Shown piece after piece: positions 1 to 10,540 of a stretch of DNA of 64,000 bases. This stretch comes from Candidatus Multivoradales bacterium (lineage in GTDB: Bacteria > Acidobacteriota > Thermoanaerobaculia > Multivoradales > Multivoraceae). The notes below the pieces were generated by a model. It saw only the letters and a list, made by a program, of their open reading frames with translations, did not search any database and had not been told where the DNA came from. Both the position numbers and the translations under genes were made by a program. The first letter of the stretch is position 1; every line of letters starts with the position of its first letter. The stretch covers positions 1,888,001 to 1,952,000 of the forward strand of contig CBDCWI010000002.1 in assembly GCA_965223325.1 (NCBI GenBank), given 5' to 3'.

Positions 1-1140
1 GAGCGCCCGCGCTGGCTCCCAGTTGATCTTCGTCGCCGTCCACCGCCCGTCGACCTCATGGGTGATCGGCCCGTGGTGCGACGCGTAGGTCTCGAAAGTT
101 CGCTCCTCGAGCCTTTCACCGCCGGCGTCAGAAACGCGATAGCGCAGGGTGACCGGCCTGGTCTCGAGCGGACGGAGCTCATCGCCGTAGCGGTAGAAGA
201 GCCTGTCGCCGTCTTTCTCGATGTCGAGCATGAACTCGTCGATGAAGTCGACGTAGGTAGAGGTGTGCATCCAGCCATTCGCTTCGTTGAAGCCCTGATA
301 GACGAAAAACTGCCCCCAGGTCACCGCACCGTAGGCGTTGAGTCCTTCCTCGCTCACCACATGCACTTCGCCACGAAAGAAGAACGAGGTGTGCGGGTTG
401 ATGAGCAGCATGGCGTCGCCTGAAGCGGTCAACGCCCCGCTGATCGCGAAGCCGTTCGAACCGCGAGGCTCGCGGTCGGCACCGAGACCTGGGTGCACCA
501 GGCTGAGAGGCCCATGCAGCTCCCGGCCCATCAGAGCGCTGTGCACGTCAGCTGGCTCTGTGCTCTCCGTCTCCTGGTGCTGCCGGGAATAGAAGGCCTC
601 GATTCCACGCAGCGGGATCTGTTCGATGTCGCCGCCAATCGAACCCTCGAAGAAGTAGAAGGGCATCCAGGGCTCGAACTGCGTCAACAGGCGGGGCGTG
701 ACCTCCGGGTGGGTGTGCAGGTAGTAGTTGAGACCATCGGCAAAGGCGACGCAGAGTTCCTGTAGCCACGCGGGAGCCGCCTCGTACTCCGCCTCGGCTT
801 CGGCCTGGGTCATGTAGAGGCGGGCCCGCAGGTCGCTGTAGAGCGCCTCTTCGCCCTCGATCTCAGCCAGGCGACCGATCGCCCAGATGTAGTTGCGCTC
901 GATGCGCGGGAAGTCGTCCTCGCTCTGGGCGTACAGCATTCCAAACACCGCATCGGCGTCGCTCCTGCCGTAGATGTGAGGAACACCGAAGTCGTCACGA
1001 AGGATGGTGACGCGTTCGGCACGCTCGACCTGCCGAGCGAGCTCCGGATCGACCTCGCGTGGCGCACAGCCCGCGAGCGCAAGCGCAAAGACCATGAAAC
1101 CCAAGGCCACCAACCCGACTCTGGTCGCCACCGGCACCAT
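1..1140 (-). CDS. Penicillin acylase / glutaryl-7-ACA acylase family Ntn-hydrolase lipoprotein, 3'-truncated by window edge
   Basis: Not in ORF track; translated by hand: LAGC lipobox, VTILRDDFGVPHIYG...AVFGMLYAQSED, and beta-subunit start GSNGFAISG...MLLINPH. Alternative in-frame ATGs at 1182 and 1218. Confidence 0.88.
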   Translation of the reverse strand, partial: MVPVATRVGLVALGFMVFALALAGCAPREVDPELARQVERAERVTILRDDFGVPHIYGRSDADAVFGMLYAQSEDDFPRIERNYIWAIGRLAEIEGEEALYSDLRARLYMTQAEAEAEYEAAPAWLQELCVAFADGLNYYLHTHPEVTPRLLTQFEPWMPFYFFEGSIGGDIEQIPLRGIEAFYSRQHQETESTEPADVHSALMGRELHGPLSLVHPGLGADREPRGSNGFAISGALTASGDAMLLINPHTSFFFRGEVHVVSEEGLNAYGAVTWGQFFVYQGFNEANGWMHTSTYVDFIDEFMLDIEKDGDRLFYRYGDELRPLETRPVTLRYRVSDAGGERLEERTFETYASHHGPITHEVDGRWTATKINWEPARAL

Positions 1141-1384
1141 CTCTCGTCGCGTCACCTTGCTTTCCGACGAGCCTCCTGGCATCGGGCTCGGGCCCGGCCG
1201 GCGCTTCTGTTGCAGCATTCAGCCAGCATAGCGGTTCGAACCAGCATGCCGAGAGCCGCCCCGTGGCCGCAGATCCACTCCCTCTCACCTACCCCACACC
1301 AGAAGTCCAACATGGCGCATCCCATATCATCGAAACGCGACCGACGATCCTCCGCTCACTCCCGCCCAGGGCTCAACTCGGCAC

Positions 1385-1813
1385 ATGCCAAGCCACTCGA
1401 TCTCATCTCAAGACCGCGACTTCCGGCAACGGTTCGAGGCCGGCGAGATCGCGCCAGAGCACTTTGATCACCGGGCACACGTTCGCCTCGCCTACGTCTA
1501 TGTCACCGAGCTGGGCACTGACGGCGCACACCTCGCCATGCGGAACTCGCTTCTCGCATTCCTCGAGCGCAACGGGGTTGAGACTTCGAAGTACCACGAA
1601 ACAATCACTCGCGCCTGGATCCTGGCCATTCGCCACTTCATGGAACGGACGCCAGGAGCAACCTCGGCGGACGACCTGATCGAGCGCAATCCAGAGCTAC
1701 TCGATTCGAAGATCATGCTGAGCCACTACTCCGTTGAGGCTTTGTTTGGAGAAGAGGCCCGAGCACAGTTTCGTGAGCCCGACAAGGATCCGATCCCGCG
1801 CTACAACGAGTAG
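1385..1813 (+). CDS. Conserved hypothetical protein (FDHRAHVRLAY...KYHETITRAW type)
   Basis: 142 aa ORF with normal codon usage and a His-rich pattern I recall from bacterial hypotheticals. Confidence 0.75.
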   Translation: MPSHSISSQDRDFRQRFEAGEIAPEHFDHRAHVRLAYVYVTELGTDGAHLAMRNSLLAFLERNGVETSKYHETITRAWILAIRHFMERTPGATSADDLIERNPELLDSKIMLSHYSVEALFGEEARAQFREPDKDPIPRYNE

Positions 1814-1916
1814 TCAACCGGAGTTACCTTCCCGACGACTTCCTCGACCGGGCGACGGACCAGACGGACCACGCCTTGCAAGGCACCCTCAGTGGCCTCG
1901 GGCGTAGACTGAGTGC

Positions 1917-2849
1917 ATGAGACCCGCACCAAAAAGAGTCCCCAAGCAGCTCGCCCCAGAACTCGCCATGATCGCCCTGCTGGCTATGGCCTCGCACAGT
2001 GTCGCCGGCCAGAACCAGCCACCCGCCAACCCAACCGACGGCCCCGCGGTGAGCTGGCCGACGAGGGGATCGCTGGTCATCGTGGGTGGAGCGATGCAGG
2101 ATCCAGCAATCTTCAGCCGCTTTCTCGAACTCGCCGGCGGAAACCAGGCACCGATCGTGGTCATTCCGACGGCCGGCGGGCTACCGAACTACGATGACAC
2201 CTGGCGTGGCATGGCCGAGGTGCGGAACGCTGGCGCAACCAACGCCCACCTGCTCCATACCCGGGACCGCGCGGTTGCCAACAGCGAAGACTTCGCCGCC
2301 GCCCTTCGCAAAGCAAGGGGAGTGTGGTTTACAGGTGGTCGCCAGTGGCGCCTCGCCGACGCCTATCTCGACACCCTGGTCGAGAAGGAGCTCTGGGCGC
2401 TGCTCGAGCGCGGTGGAGTGATCGGAGGCTCCTCAGCGGGCGCAACGATTCAGGGTTCGTACTTGGCCCGCGGTGACTCAAAGACCAACACCATCATGAT
2501 GGGTGATCACGAGGAAGGGTTCGGCTTCCTCGGCAACGTCGCCATCGACCAGCATCTGCTGCGCCGCAACCGCCAGTTCGACCTGCTCGAGATCGTTCGC
2601 TCCAAACCAGACCTGCTCGGAATCGGCATTGATGAGGACACCGCCATTGTCGTCGAGCGGGGGCGCTTCGACGTCATCGGCCGGGGCTACGTGGCGATCT
2701 ATGACGCGACCCGCAAAGTCGCGCTCAGCCCAGAAGCCGCCGGAGACTTCTACTTTCTGGCACCGGGAGACCGTTACGACCTGCGGACACACCGAACCAG
2801 CCGGCCGACTACAGATTGGGAGCCTCTAGAGCGCGTGAATCCACAGTGA
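1917..2849 (+). CDS. Cyanophycinase / peptidase S51 family, with signal peptide
   Basis: LVIVGG, VIPTA, WFTGGRQ, nucleophile GGSSAGA, IDQH and GIGIDEDTA motifs; hydrophobic N-terminus. Confidence 0.88.
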   Translation: MRPAPKRVPKQLAPELAMIALLAMASHSVAGQNQPPANPTDGPAVSWPTRGSLVIVGGAMQDPAIFSRFLELAGGNQAPIVVIPTAGGLPNYDDTWRGMAEVRNAGATNAHLLHTRDRAVANSEDFAAALRKARGVWFTGGRQWRLADAYLDTLVEKELWALLERGGVIGGSSAGATIQGSYLARGDSKTNTIMMGDHEEGFGFLGNVAIDQHLLRRNRQFDLLEIVRSKPDLLGIGIDEDTAIVVERGRFDVIGRGYVAIYDATRKVALSPEAAGDFYFLAPGDRYDLRTHRTSRPTTDWEPLERVNPQ

Positions 2850-3079
2850 GCGAACAGCCGCTAGCCCGCTATGCGAAGATTCTGGAAGCCTCATGCGTAG
2901 TCAGGAGGCCGAAACCACCGCTCAGCAATCGCCACCAGGAGCATCACGATGAGCATCAAAGAACGCGTCCTACGTTTCGTACGCTGCGTCTACCGACACG
3001 ACCGGCGCGCCTGGGAGAGGCTTTTCCCTCCTCGCCGGGGATCGTGTCGCCATTGACCTACTCTAGGCGCCGTGAGTCC

Positions 3080-4717
3080 TCAGTGTGACCCGGCACGCTC
3101 CCACAGTTGGTCGAAGTGCTCCGACCTACCGGTCATCTCATAGCGAATGAGCGCCAGCGGCACGATGCCGTAGCTGAGCACTCGGTCGTGGAACTCGCCA
3201 AGCTCGAAGGCAGAACCGAGCGCCAACGACTGCTCGGAGAGCAGCTGCTCGAGCTGAATCTTGCCGAGAATGTAGCCACTTCCAGAACCCGGCCTGCGCA
3301 GGTAGCCCTCCAGGTCGTAGCGGCCGAGGTCCTCCTCCATGAACGGCACATTGTCGATCATGAAAGCGTTGGCCTCATCGAGCGAGAAGCGGCCGGCATG
3401 CATCATCACTTCGGCGTAGATGCGACTGGCGCGCTTCATCAGCGCAATGTAGAAGAGCTCGTCGGCGCGCGGGACCTCACGCGTCAGTCCGGCAAGCAGA
3501 AACATTTCTTCGAGATAGGTCGCCCAACCCTCGGCGCGCGTGCTGTCCGATGATCTCTTGCGAATGGGGTTCGCGCCACTACGGGCGAGCAGTCCGTCGA
3601 AGCGATGACCGGGGATCGAGGCGTGGATGTGGTTGTTGAAGGTGTTGCGAAACTGAAGCTCTTCCCAGAAGTGACGATCTACCAATGCCCTTGGGCTCCA
3701 GTAGGTGTCGGTGTCGAAGGCCTCCGGTATCTCGTCGGGAAAGGTCAAGATGCGTTGCCTACGAACCAGCGCTCTGATCTGCCGTTCGGCCTCGCGGGTT
3801 CGAGCCTCGTGCTGCTCGCGACTCGTCGTCAGTTCGAGTTCCGGTAGCGAGCCGTTCCTGTTGCGGACAATCTCCCAGGCGGCTCGGTAGCGATGGAACT
3901 CGCGCTCGCCGAGGAGCCGGGCTTCGTCGACTGAATAGGGCAGCAAACGAACCTCACGGAGGTACCGCGCCAACTCATCCGTTCCGATTCCCGCCGAGCT
4001 CTCGAGCATTGGCAAATGCTCGGTCAACCAGTCTCTGTAGCCTGCTACTGCTTCAGCAGCTCGGCGGCAGGCTGCCTCATCGGGCGAGCCAGCTCGCTCC
4101 AGGCGCACGCAGAGATCGGCGAACCAACCCACGGTGCCTTCTGGCGGGTCGTCGCGATAGGGCTCACCCTGGCCAACCCCATCGAAAGACTCGAGATGGA
4201 AGATCGCCTGGCCGGCGAGCTCCCCGACCGCCTCGTCCAGCGAAGCCTCGGCCTGCGCAACGATTCTGGGAACGGCTTCGAGGTGGCGACGAAACGATGC
4301 GACTTCGCTCTCCTCGACCGGTACCTCAGAAAACGGCAGGCGACGGAAGAAGTCGAGATGGTAGATCGGGTCGCGCGACCACGGGCGCGTGACGCGGTGT
4401 TCGAAGTCGAGGGCGTTGAGGCGCGACCAGACGATCAGATAGTCGACCCGTTCGGCCGGTCGTTCTGTACTGATTCGGGCGTGGAGGCGGAGAAGTCCTC
4501 CACGCAGTTCGCTGAGAGCCGCGGCGCGCGCATCAATCGCTTGCCGACTGAGATCGGGAACGAAGTCTCGGACGTCCGGGCGTTCTAACGCCGCAAGCTG
4601 CTCGTCGAGGATCCGCAGCTCCTGCCAGGCAGCCGAAGGTCCGGTGACTTGCGCTCTGAGCAACGCCGGCGCCAGAACAAGCGCAGCAACGACGACCGGT
4701 GTGTACCTGTTGTTCAA
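3080..4717 (-). CDS. DUF885 family exported protein
   Basis: IH..IPGH, EGWATYLEE, Y...PG...GY.LGK and F.L.EFHD.VL.YG.VPL motifs; TTG start overlaps the upstream stop. Confidence 0.82.
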   Translation of the reverse strand: MNNRYTPVVVAALVLAPALLRAQVTGPSAAWQELRILDEQLAALERPDVRDFVPDLSRQAIDARAAALSELRGGLLRLHARISTERPAERVDYLIVWSRLNALDFEHRVTRPWSRDPIYHLDFFRRLPFSEVPVEESEVASFRRHLEAVPRIVAQAEASLDEAVGELAGQAIFHLESFDGVGQGEPYRDDPPEGTVGWFADLCVRLERAGSPDEAACRRAAEAVAGYRDWLTEHLPMLESSAGIGTDELARYLREVRLLPYSVDEARLLGEREFHRYRAAWEIVRNRNGSLPELELTTSREQHEARTREAERQIRALVRRQRILTFPDEIPEAFDTDTYWSPRALVDRHFWEELQFRNTFNNHIHASIPGHRFDGLLARSGANPIRKRSSDSTRAEGWATYLEEMFLLAGLTREVPRADELFYIALMKRASRIYAEVMMHAGRFSLDEANAFMIDNVPFMEEDLGRYDLEGYLRRPGSGSGYILGKIQLEQLLSEQSLALGSAFELGEFHDRVLSYGIVPLALIRYEMTGRSEHFDQLWERAGSH

Positions 4718-7122
4718 GGTGCTTCCTCCCGTTCGCCGGGACGCAGATGACGATCGAAGAAGTCGACCAGTTTCCTGAAGGCGAATCGTGTCTGCGCGTT
4801 CGGTTCGAGGTCCCAGCCGTGGTAGGCGTCAGGCATTGCGACGAGCTCGACGTCCTTCTCGAGTTGGATCAGATGGTGTACCAGGCGCACCGAGTCTTTG
4901 AAGAGAACCACCCGGTCGCGCATCCCGTGCAGGACCATCAGTGGGTCCTCGAGACCTGCGGCATGTAAGTAGGGCGACGACGCCGCATACGCCTCCTTCT
5001 CGTCGGCCGGATCCATCATCACCGCCATCTGACCGGTAAGCGCATGCCACACATTGGTCGCCGGCGCACCCGCAAAGCCGGCCGCGTAGAGCTCGGGGTG
5101 CCGAAAGAGCGACATGCAGGTCATCAGCCCGCCGTAGCTCGAACCCCAGATGCCGACCCGCTCCATGTCGACGAAACCGAGGGTGGCGAGAAAATCGACG
5201 GCACTCGCCAGGTCTTCGACATCGGGCCCGCCATAGGCCAGGCGAATGCCCTCACGAAACACACGACCGCGCCCCCAGCTGCCACGCATGTCGACGTTTA
5301 GGAGCACGTAGCCTTCCTGCGTGAGGTATTGGTCGAGCCCCCATGTCGGATGCGCCGTGCGACCACCCCACTGGTTGCGAACCGCATCGGTATAGACCGA
5401 GCCCAGGATCGCCGGGTATTTGCGTCCTGGGTCATAGTCAGGCGGCAGAGTGAGTCGCCCGTTCAAGGTCGCGCCGTCGACCCGACTTTCGAACGTCACG
5501 TAGCGCGGCGTCTGCCAACGGTAGTTCTCGAACTCTCTAATCGGTGAGCGCGTAACCCGCCGTTCCTCGAGGTGCTGGTCTGGGTCGAGCGTCGTCAGGA
5601 ACAGATCGGGCGGCACGCTGTCGCTCGAGAAGTGCACCGCGGCGAAACGACCGTCGGGACTCGCCCAGGGTTGATGGGTACCCTGACGCTCGCTTCGTGG
5701 GAGCAGCTCTGGCTGCGAACTCTCAGCCGAGAGCCAGAACAGCCGCCGCTCCTCGGCCGCGTCGCGGTTCGCTACCACCAGAGCGCCGCCCGGGCGCGGC
5801 TGGACTTCGGCGACCGCGAAGTCACCCTGCGTGATCTGACGCACCGTACCTTCGAAGTCGGCAAAGAACAGGTGATAGTCGGAGACAGCTCTTTCGAGGC
5901 CCTCGCCGGGACCGAGAAAGTCAGAGATCACGTACAAGCCCGAGCCGTCATCAGCCCACTCGATGCGCCAGAAGTAGGGCGACACTGCATTCGGGTTCTC
6001 CTCTTCCAGCCACACCTCAGTCAACCCGCTTGCGGCCTCGACACGCAGGATGCGCCGGTGCTTGACGTAGAGGTCGCTGGTGTCCACGGCGAAATAGCGG
6101 CCACCGGGCGACCAGCGGTGGCTGTGCAGGTAACCCACCTCGCCTTCCTGGCCGAGATCGATGAAGGTGAGCGGACCAGGCGGGGCCATGGGCTCGCTCA
6201 CGGAGCCAACCTCGACGACGCCCAGTCGCGATCGGCCGGCCTCCTCGCCCGGGTAGGCCCGTCGAACACGATCCGCCGAGGTCTCGACCGTCAGATAGTC
6301 GGGAATGTCGCGCACCGCGACCCCGGTCTGATCGAGCTCGACAACCGAGAGGCGACGACTGTCTGGCGACCAGCGAAAGTCGACCACGCTTTTCGCCTCG
6401 TCGGCCTGCTCAGGCGGCGCCACGCGGTGCACCTCTCCTAACGAGACCGTCCCTGAAGAGGCTGGCCCGCCCGAAGGATGCGGGTCGACCGCAAGCGACG
6501 CAACGTAGAGCGCACCAGCGCGCATGAAGGCAAGCCATTGCCCATCGGGCGAAGCCGCAGCGGAGCGTTCAGGCTCTGTTGTCTCGGTGAGCTGCCGGGG
6601 CGCCGAGCCGGGCTCAACGGTGTAGAGGTCGCCGCGGAAACCGAACACCACGACCGGTCCCTCGGCCGGCTCAGGCCCGCGACGACCCGTGAGAAAGGTC
6701 ACCGCGCTCACCCCCCGATCGAGCCGCCTCCGCTCTTCGAGGACGATGCGCTCGACCGCAGGATCATCGAAGAAACTGGGCTCGGGTGCCGTCGCCTCGC
6801 GGCCTGGCATGCGAGTCAAACGCTGCGGCACGAGCTCGGGGTCTTCGGTGTCGATGAGATAGACGTCACGGAAGGCCTCGCCGACCTCATTCCACAGAAA
6901 GGCGAAGTAGCGACTCGACGGCGACCACACCACGCCGCCTGGCGCAGTCCCGATCAAATTCGGCTGACGGTAGAGGCGCTCGAGTGAATGTTCCGACTGC
7001 GCCGAAGGTGCTTGCGCGGCCAACCCCGCGTTGAGCGGAGCGAGCACCGCGGTGAAGATGACCACGACGGCCAGCCAACGCAGCACGGTGGGACCATCGC
7101 GGCGAGAGTTCTGGTTCAGCAT
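4714..7122 (-). CDS. S9 family peptidase (dipeptidyl peptidase IV-like)
   Basis: Signal peptide, beta-propeller WSP repeats, GIWGSSYGG nucleophile, HGMRD and late His. Confidence 0.92.
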   Translation of the reverse strand: MLNQNSRRDGPTVLRWLAVVVIFTAVLAPLNAGLAAQAPSAQSEHSLERLYRQPNLIGTAPGGVVWSPSSRYFAFLWNEVGEAFRDVYLIDTEDPELVPQRLTRMPGREATAPEPSFFDDPAVERIVLEERRRLDRGVSAVTFLTGRRGPEPAEGPVVVFGFRGDLYTVEPGSAPRQLTETTEPERSAAASPDGQWLAFMRAGALYVASLAVDPHPSGGPASSGTVSLGEVHRVAPPEQADEAKSVVDFRWSPDSRRLSVVELDQTGVAVRDIPDYLTVETSADRVRRAYPGEEAGRSRLGVVEVGSVSEPMAPPGPLTFIDLGQEGEVGYLHSHRWSPGGRYFAVDTSDLYVKHRRILRVEAASGLTEVWLEEENPNAVSPYFWRIEWADDGSGLYVISDFLGPGEGLERAVSDYHLFFADFEGTVRQITQGDFAVAEVQPRPGGALVVANRDAAEERRLFWLSAESSQPELLPRSERQGTHQPWASPDGRFAAVHFSSDSVPPDLFLTTLDPDQHLEERRVTRSPIREFENYRWQTPRYVTFESRVDGATLNGRLTLPPDYDPGRKYPAILGSVYTDAVRNQWGGRTAHPTWGLDQYLTQEGYVLLNVDMRGSWGRGRVFREGIRLAYGGPDVEDLASAVDFLATLGFVDMERVGIWGSSYGGLMTCMSLFRHPELYAAGFAGAPATNVWHALTGQMAVMMDPADEKEAYAASSPYLHAAGLEDPLMVLHGMRDRVVLFKDSVRLVHHLIQLEKDVELVAMPDAYHGWDLEPNAQTRFAFRKLVDFFDRHLRPGEREEAP

Positions 7123-7352
7123 GCCCGCCAGAGTAGCGGCTCACCCGCCATCGGAGCGCTCATCCTGCACCCTGAGCCTGTACACGACCGCCGTGTGACC
7201 GATCGCGGACCGGCCGCCCAGTCGCGAAATCGGGCTTAATGTAGAATTTGATGGTTCTCGCCATCGAGAGCCCCGCCGACCTACATACCTTCCTCCTCGA
7301 GAGACCTATAGCCCGGTGGTCTCCCCGCCTGCACCCCGCCTCTCCCCCTTCG

Positions 7353-8486
7353 ATGACCGAACCTCTCCTCGCAAGTCCAGACCCGCCCCTTCCTGCCGGT
7401 GCCGCCGTTTCCACGGTGATGCCCGGGGTTCTCCTGGTCGGAGACTTTCTCTCCGCCTCGGTAGGCGGACGCGCGGTCTGCGAAGACCTCGCCGAACGCC
7501 TGCCGTCGGTCGGCTTTCAGGTCACGACAACGTCTCGGCACCCAGCCCGCGTCGCACGACTCGGCGACATGCTCTGGACGACGTGGAGCCGACGAGCCGA
7601 GTACCAGGTCGCCCAGGTGGATGTGTTCTCGGGCCTGGCCTTCGTCTGGGCGGAAGCGGCGACCGCACTGCTGAAGCGCCTCGGCAAGCCCTACGCCCTC
7701 ACTCTACGAGGCGGCGAACTGCCCGAGTTCGCGCACGCACACCCCGACCGCATGGAGCGGCTGCTCAACGGAGCCGGCGCCATCACCACACCGTCTCCCT
7801 TCCTGCTGCGCGCGATGCATCGCTACCGCGAAGACCTCGTCCTGCTACCGAATCCGGTCGACCTCTCGCGTTACGCCTATCGCCCTCGCCTGGCGCCCGA
7901 ACCGCGACTCATCTGGCTACGCGCCTTCCATGAGGTCTACAACCCGCAGCTGGCGGTGCACGTTCTCGCAAACCTCCTGGCGGACTTTCCCGAGGCTTCT
8001 CTCGTCATGGTGGGTCCCGACAAGAACGACGGGTCGCTCGCAGAAACCCTCCATACCATCCAGGAACTCGGACTCGCTGATCGAGTCGAAATCGTAGGAG
8101 GTGTGCCGAAACTCGAGGTACCAGGCCAGCTCCAGCGCGGCGACATCTTCCTCAACACCTCCAGCGTCGACAACGCTCCGGTCACCCTGCTCGAGCCAAT
8201 GGCCTGTGGCATACCGGTTGTCAGTACCAACGCCGGCGGGATTCCCGACCTGGTCGAAGACGGTAGAGAAGCGCTCCTCGTCCCTCCCAATGATCCTCAG
8301 GCGATGACGGGCGCGGTTCGCACTGTGCTCGAACAGCCCGAGAGAATCCCGGCACTTCTCGAGGCAGCCCTCGAACGGGTGATGCAGCACGACTGGTCAC
8401 GGGTCTTGCCGCAATGGCAGGCCCTTCTTTCGTCGCTCGCCAAAACGGCACCGACCGACGACCCAACCCGCGGCGGCCGGCAGTGA
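7353..8486 (+). CDS. Glycosyltransferase family 4
   Basis: GT-B C-terminal motif FLNTSSVDNAPVTLLEPMACGIPVVSTNAGGIPD; start uncertain (7248, 7353 or about 7419). Confidence 0.88.
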   Translation: MTEPLLASPDPPLPAGAAVSTVMPGVLLVGDFLSASVGGRAVCEDLAERLPSVGFQVTTTSRHPARVARLGDMLWTTWSRRAEYQVAQVDVFSGLAFVWAEAATALLKRLGKPYALTLRGGELPEFAHAHPDRMERLLNGAGAITTPSPFLLRAMHRYREDLVLLPNPVDLSRYAYRPRLAPEPRLIWLRAFHEVYNPQLAVHVLANLLADFPEASLVMVGPDKNDGSLAETLHTIQELGLADRVEIVGGVPKLEVPGQLQRGDIFLNTSSVDNAPVTLLEPMACGIPVVSTNAGGIPDLVEDGREALLVPPNDPQAMTGAVRTVLEQPERIPALLEAALERVMQHDWSRVLPQWQALLSSLAKTAPTDDPTRGGRQ

Positions 8487-8521
8487 CCGTCATGTCGCCT
8501 CGTCCGCGGCTCGCAAGCTAG

Positions 8522-10540
8522 ATGTGTGGGATCGCAGGTCTCTTCGAGCTCGACGGTTCGTTCAACGAGCGAAGTGGCGCCGTCGCCTCCCGCATGGCCG
8601 ACCAACTGGAGCACCGTGGCCCGAACGACGCGGGACTGCTCCATCAAGGCCCCCTGGCCTTCGGGTTTCGCCGCCTGAGTGTCATCGACCTCGAAACCGG
8701 TCACCAGCCGATGTCGAACCCCGACGGTTCGGTATGGGTGATGCTCAACGGAGAGGTCTACAACTACGTCGAGTTACGCACCGCCCTCGAGTCTCGCGGC
8801 CATACCTTCCGCACCAACTCCGACACCGAGACCGTCATCTGCGCCTACGCCGAACACGGCCTCGACTTCGTCGACCATCTGCGTGGCATGTTCGCAATTG
8901 CCCTCTGGGACCAAAACCGGAAGCGCCTCGTCCTCGTACGAGATCGCCTCGGCCAGAAGCCACTGTTCTACGCCCAGGCAGGGGGGCAACTTGCATTCGC
9001 TTCCGAACAGAAGGCTCTGCTCCCGTGGCCACATCTCGATCGCTCTCTCGATCCGGAAGCCCTGCACGACTACCTGACGTTTCTCTATGTCCCCTCGCCC
9101 TCCAGCATCTTCTCTTCGGTGAGGAAGCTACCGGCGGCACACATGCTGATCGCCAGCGCGGGCCAAGCGCTGAAGTTGCGGCGATACTGGAACGTCGTCC
9201 CGAGGCCCGAAGCGGATCGAACAGAGGCGGACTGGCAGCGCGACCTTCACGACACCCTGAGTGAAGCAGTTCGCCTCAGATTGCGCAGCGACGTCCCGCT
9301 CGGCGCCTTCTTGAGTGGCGGCATCGACTCGACGGTCATCACCAGTTTGATGTGCGAGCATGCCGGCGGATCATCTGAAGTCGAAACCTTTTCGATCGGC
9401 TTTGCCGATTCGCGTTTCGACGAGTCGGGCCTGGCGAAACGGACCGCAAGCGCCTTCGGCACCCGTCATACGACCGAGGTGATCGACGACACGAGCCTCA
9501 CACCGCGTGAGCTCGAGGTCCTGACCTGGCACATGGACGAGCCTTTTGGTGATTCGTCGTTCATCCCGACCTACTGGGTCTCGCGGTCGGCTAGAAAACA
9601 CGTCACGGTGGCACTTTCTGGTGATGGTGGCGACGAGCTCTTCGCCGGCTACCATCGCTACCGCCGCTTCCAACAGCTCGAAGGCCTGGCCCGACTCCCT
9701 CGTTCTGTGAATCGGGCCGGCGAACTCCTGAGCGGCTCTGCCATGCGTTGCGCCATGCCCCTGGCGCCGGCCCTCGGAGAGCGTCTCCGCCAGATCGAAA
9801 AAGCGTTCGCGATCGGTCAGCTCGAGCCCGCCGAACAAATGCTGGCGCTCGTTACCTACTTCGATGAGTCGTCGAAAGCGAAGCTGTACTCGAGGGATTG
9901 GCAAGCGCAACCAACCGGTTATCGAAGCATCGAACGGGTGGTGTCACAGCTCGCAGCGCTCCCACCGGGTGGTTCTTCGCTGGCGCGCTTCATGGCCCGT
10001 GATGTGACCTCGAACATGATCGACGACGCGCTGGTCAAGGTCGACCGCGCCTCGATGGCTTGCTCACTCGAAGTGCGCAACCCGTTCCTCGATCACAAAG
10101 TCGTCGAACTGGCCCTTCGCATTCCACTGCAGTACAAGATCCGCCAGGGGACCCAGAAGTGGATCCTCCGGCGGACCTTTGCCGGTGAGATTCCCGAGCA
10201 CATCAAAGGCGCCAGGAAGCGTGGCTTTGAAGTTCCCTTCGCCGTATGGTTCCAGCGGGCTCCGTGGCGTGACTTCGTCATCGACACACTCTCGCCCGCG
10301 TCGATCCACCGCGCTGGCATTTTCGACTCCGAGGAGGTCCTCAAACTCCGCGACGCTCTTCTCCGTGACCCCGAAGCCAGGGGTGTTGCCCTGAGCGCCT
10401 ATCAGTTGCGACACCGTGTTTGGATGTTGCTCGTCTTTCAGATCTGGTGGCAACAATTCGTCGACAGACCGGCTCGACCCGCCACCAGGCCCCATACCTC
10501 GGACCGCCATGCGGAGGTGCCATGCGCCTTGCCATCGTGA
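8522..10540 (+). CDS. asnB: Asparagine synthase (glutamine-hydrolysing) family amidotransferase
   Basis: MCGIAG N-terminal Cys, HRGP, NGEVYN, LSGGIDS PP-loop, LSGDGGDELFAGY, KVDRASMACSLEVRNPFLD. Confidence 0.95.
   Translation: MCGIAGLFELDGSFNERSGAVASRMADQLEHRGPNDAGLLHQGPLAFGFRRLSVIDLETGHQPMSNPDGSVWVMLNGEVYNYVELRTALESRGHTFRTNSDTETVICAYAEHGLDFVDHLRGMFAIALWDQNRKRLVLVRDRLGQKPLFYAQAGGQLAFASEQKALLPWPHLDRSLDPEALHDYLTFLYVPSPSSIFSSVRKLPAAHMLIASAGQALKLRRYWNVVPRPEADRTEADWQRDLHDTLSEAVRLRLRSDVPLGAFLSGGIDSTVITSLMCEHAGGSSEVETFSIGFADSRFDESGLAKRTASAFGTRHTTEVIDDTSLTPRELEVLTWHMDEPFGDSSFIPTYWVSRSARKHVTVALSGDGGDELFAGYHRYRRFQQLEGLARLPRSVNRAGELLSGSAMRCAMPLAPALGERLRQIEKAFAIGQLEPAEQMLALVTYFDESSKAKLYSRDWQAQPTGYRSIERVVSQLAALPPGGSSLARFMARDVTSNMIDDALVKVDRASMACSLEVRNPFLDHKVVELALRIPLQYKIRQGTQKWILRRTFAGEIPEHIKGARKRGFEVPFAVWFQRAPWRDFVIDTLSPASIHRAGIFDSEEVLKLRDALLRDPEARGVALSAYQLRHRVWMLLVFQIWWQQFVDRPARPATRPHTSDRHAEVPCALPS

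Noticed and set aside
2850-3079. Possible small ORF or decayed gene start on the minus strand (TAGAGT-N6-ATG near 3053; hydrophobic stretch in another frame)
   Set aside because: Too short and without recognisable homology to support.
8522-10540. asnB genes as lasso-peptide cyclases
   Set aside because: Both retain the N-terminal Cys glutaminase domain; no B1/B2 genes or precursor seen.
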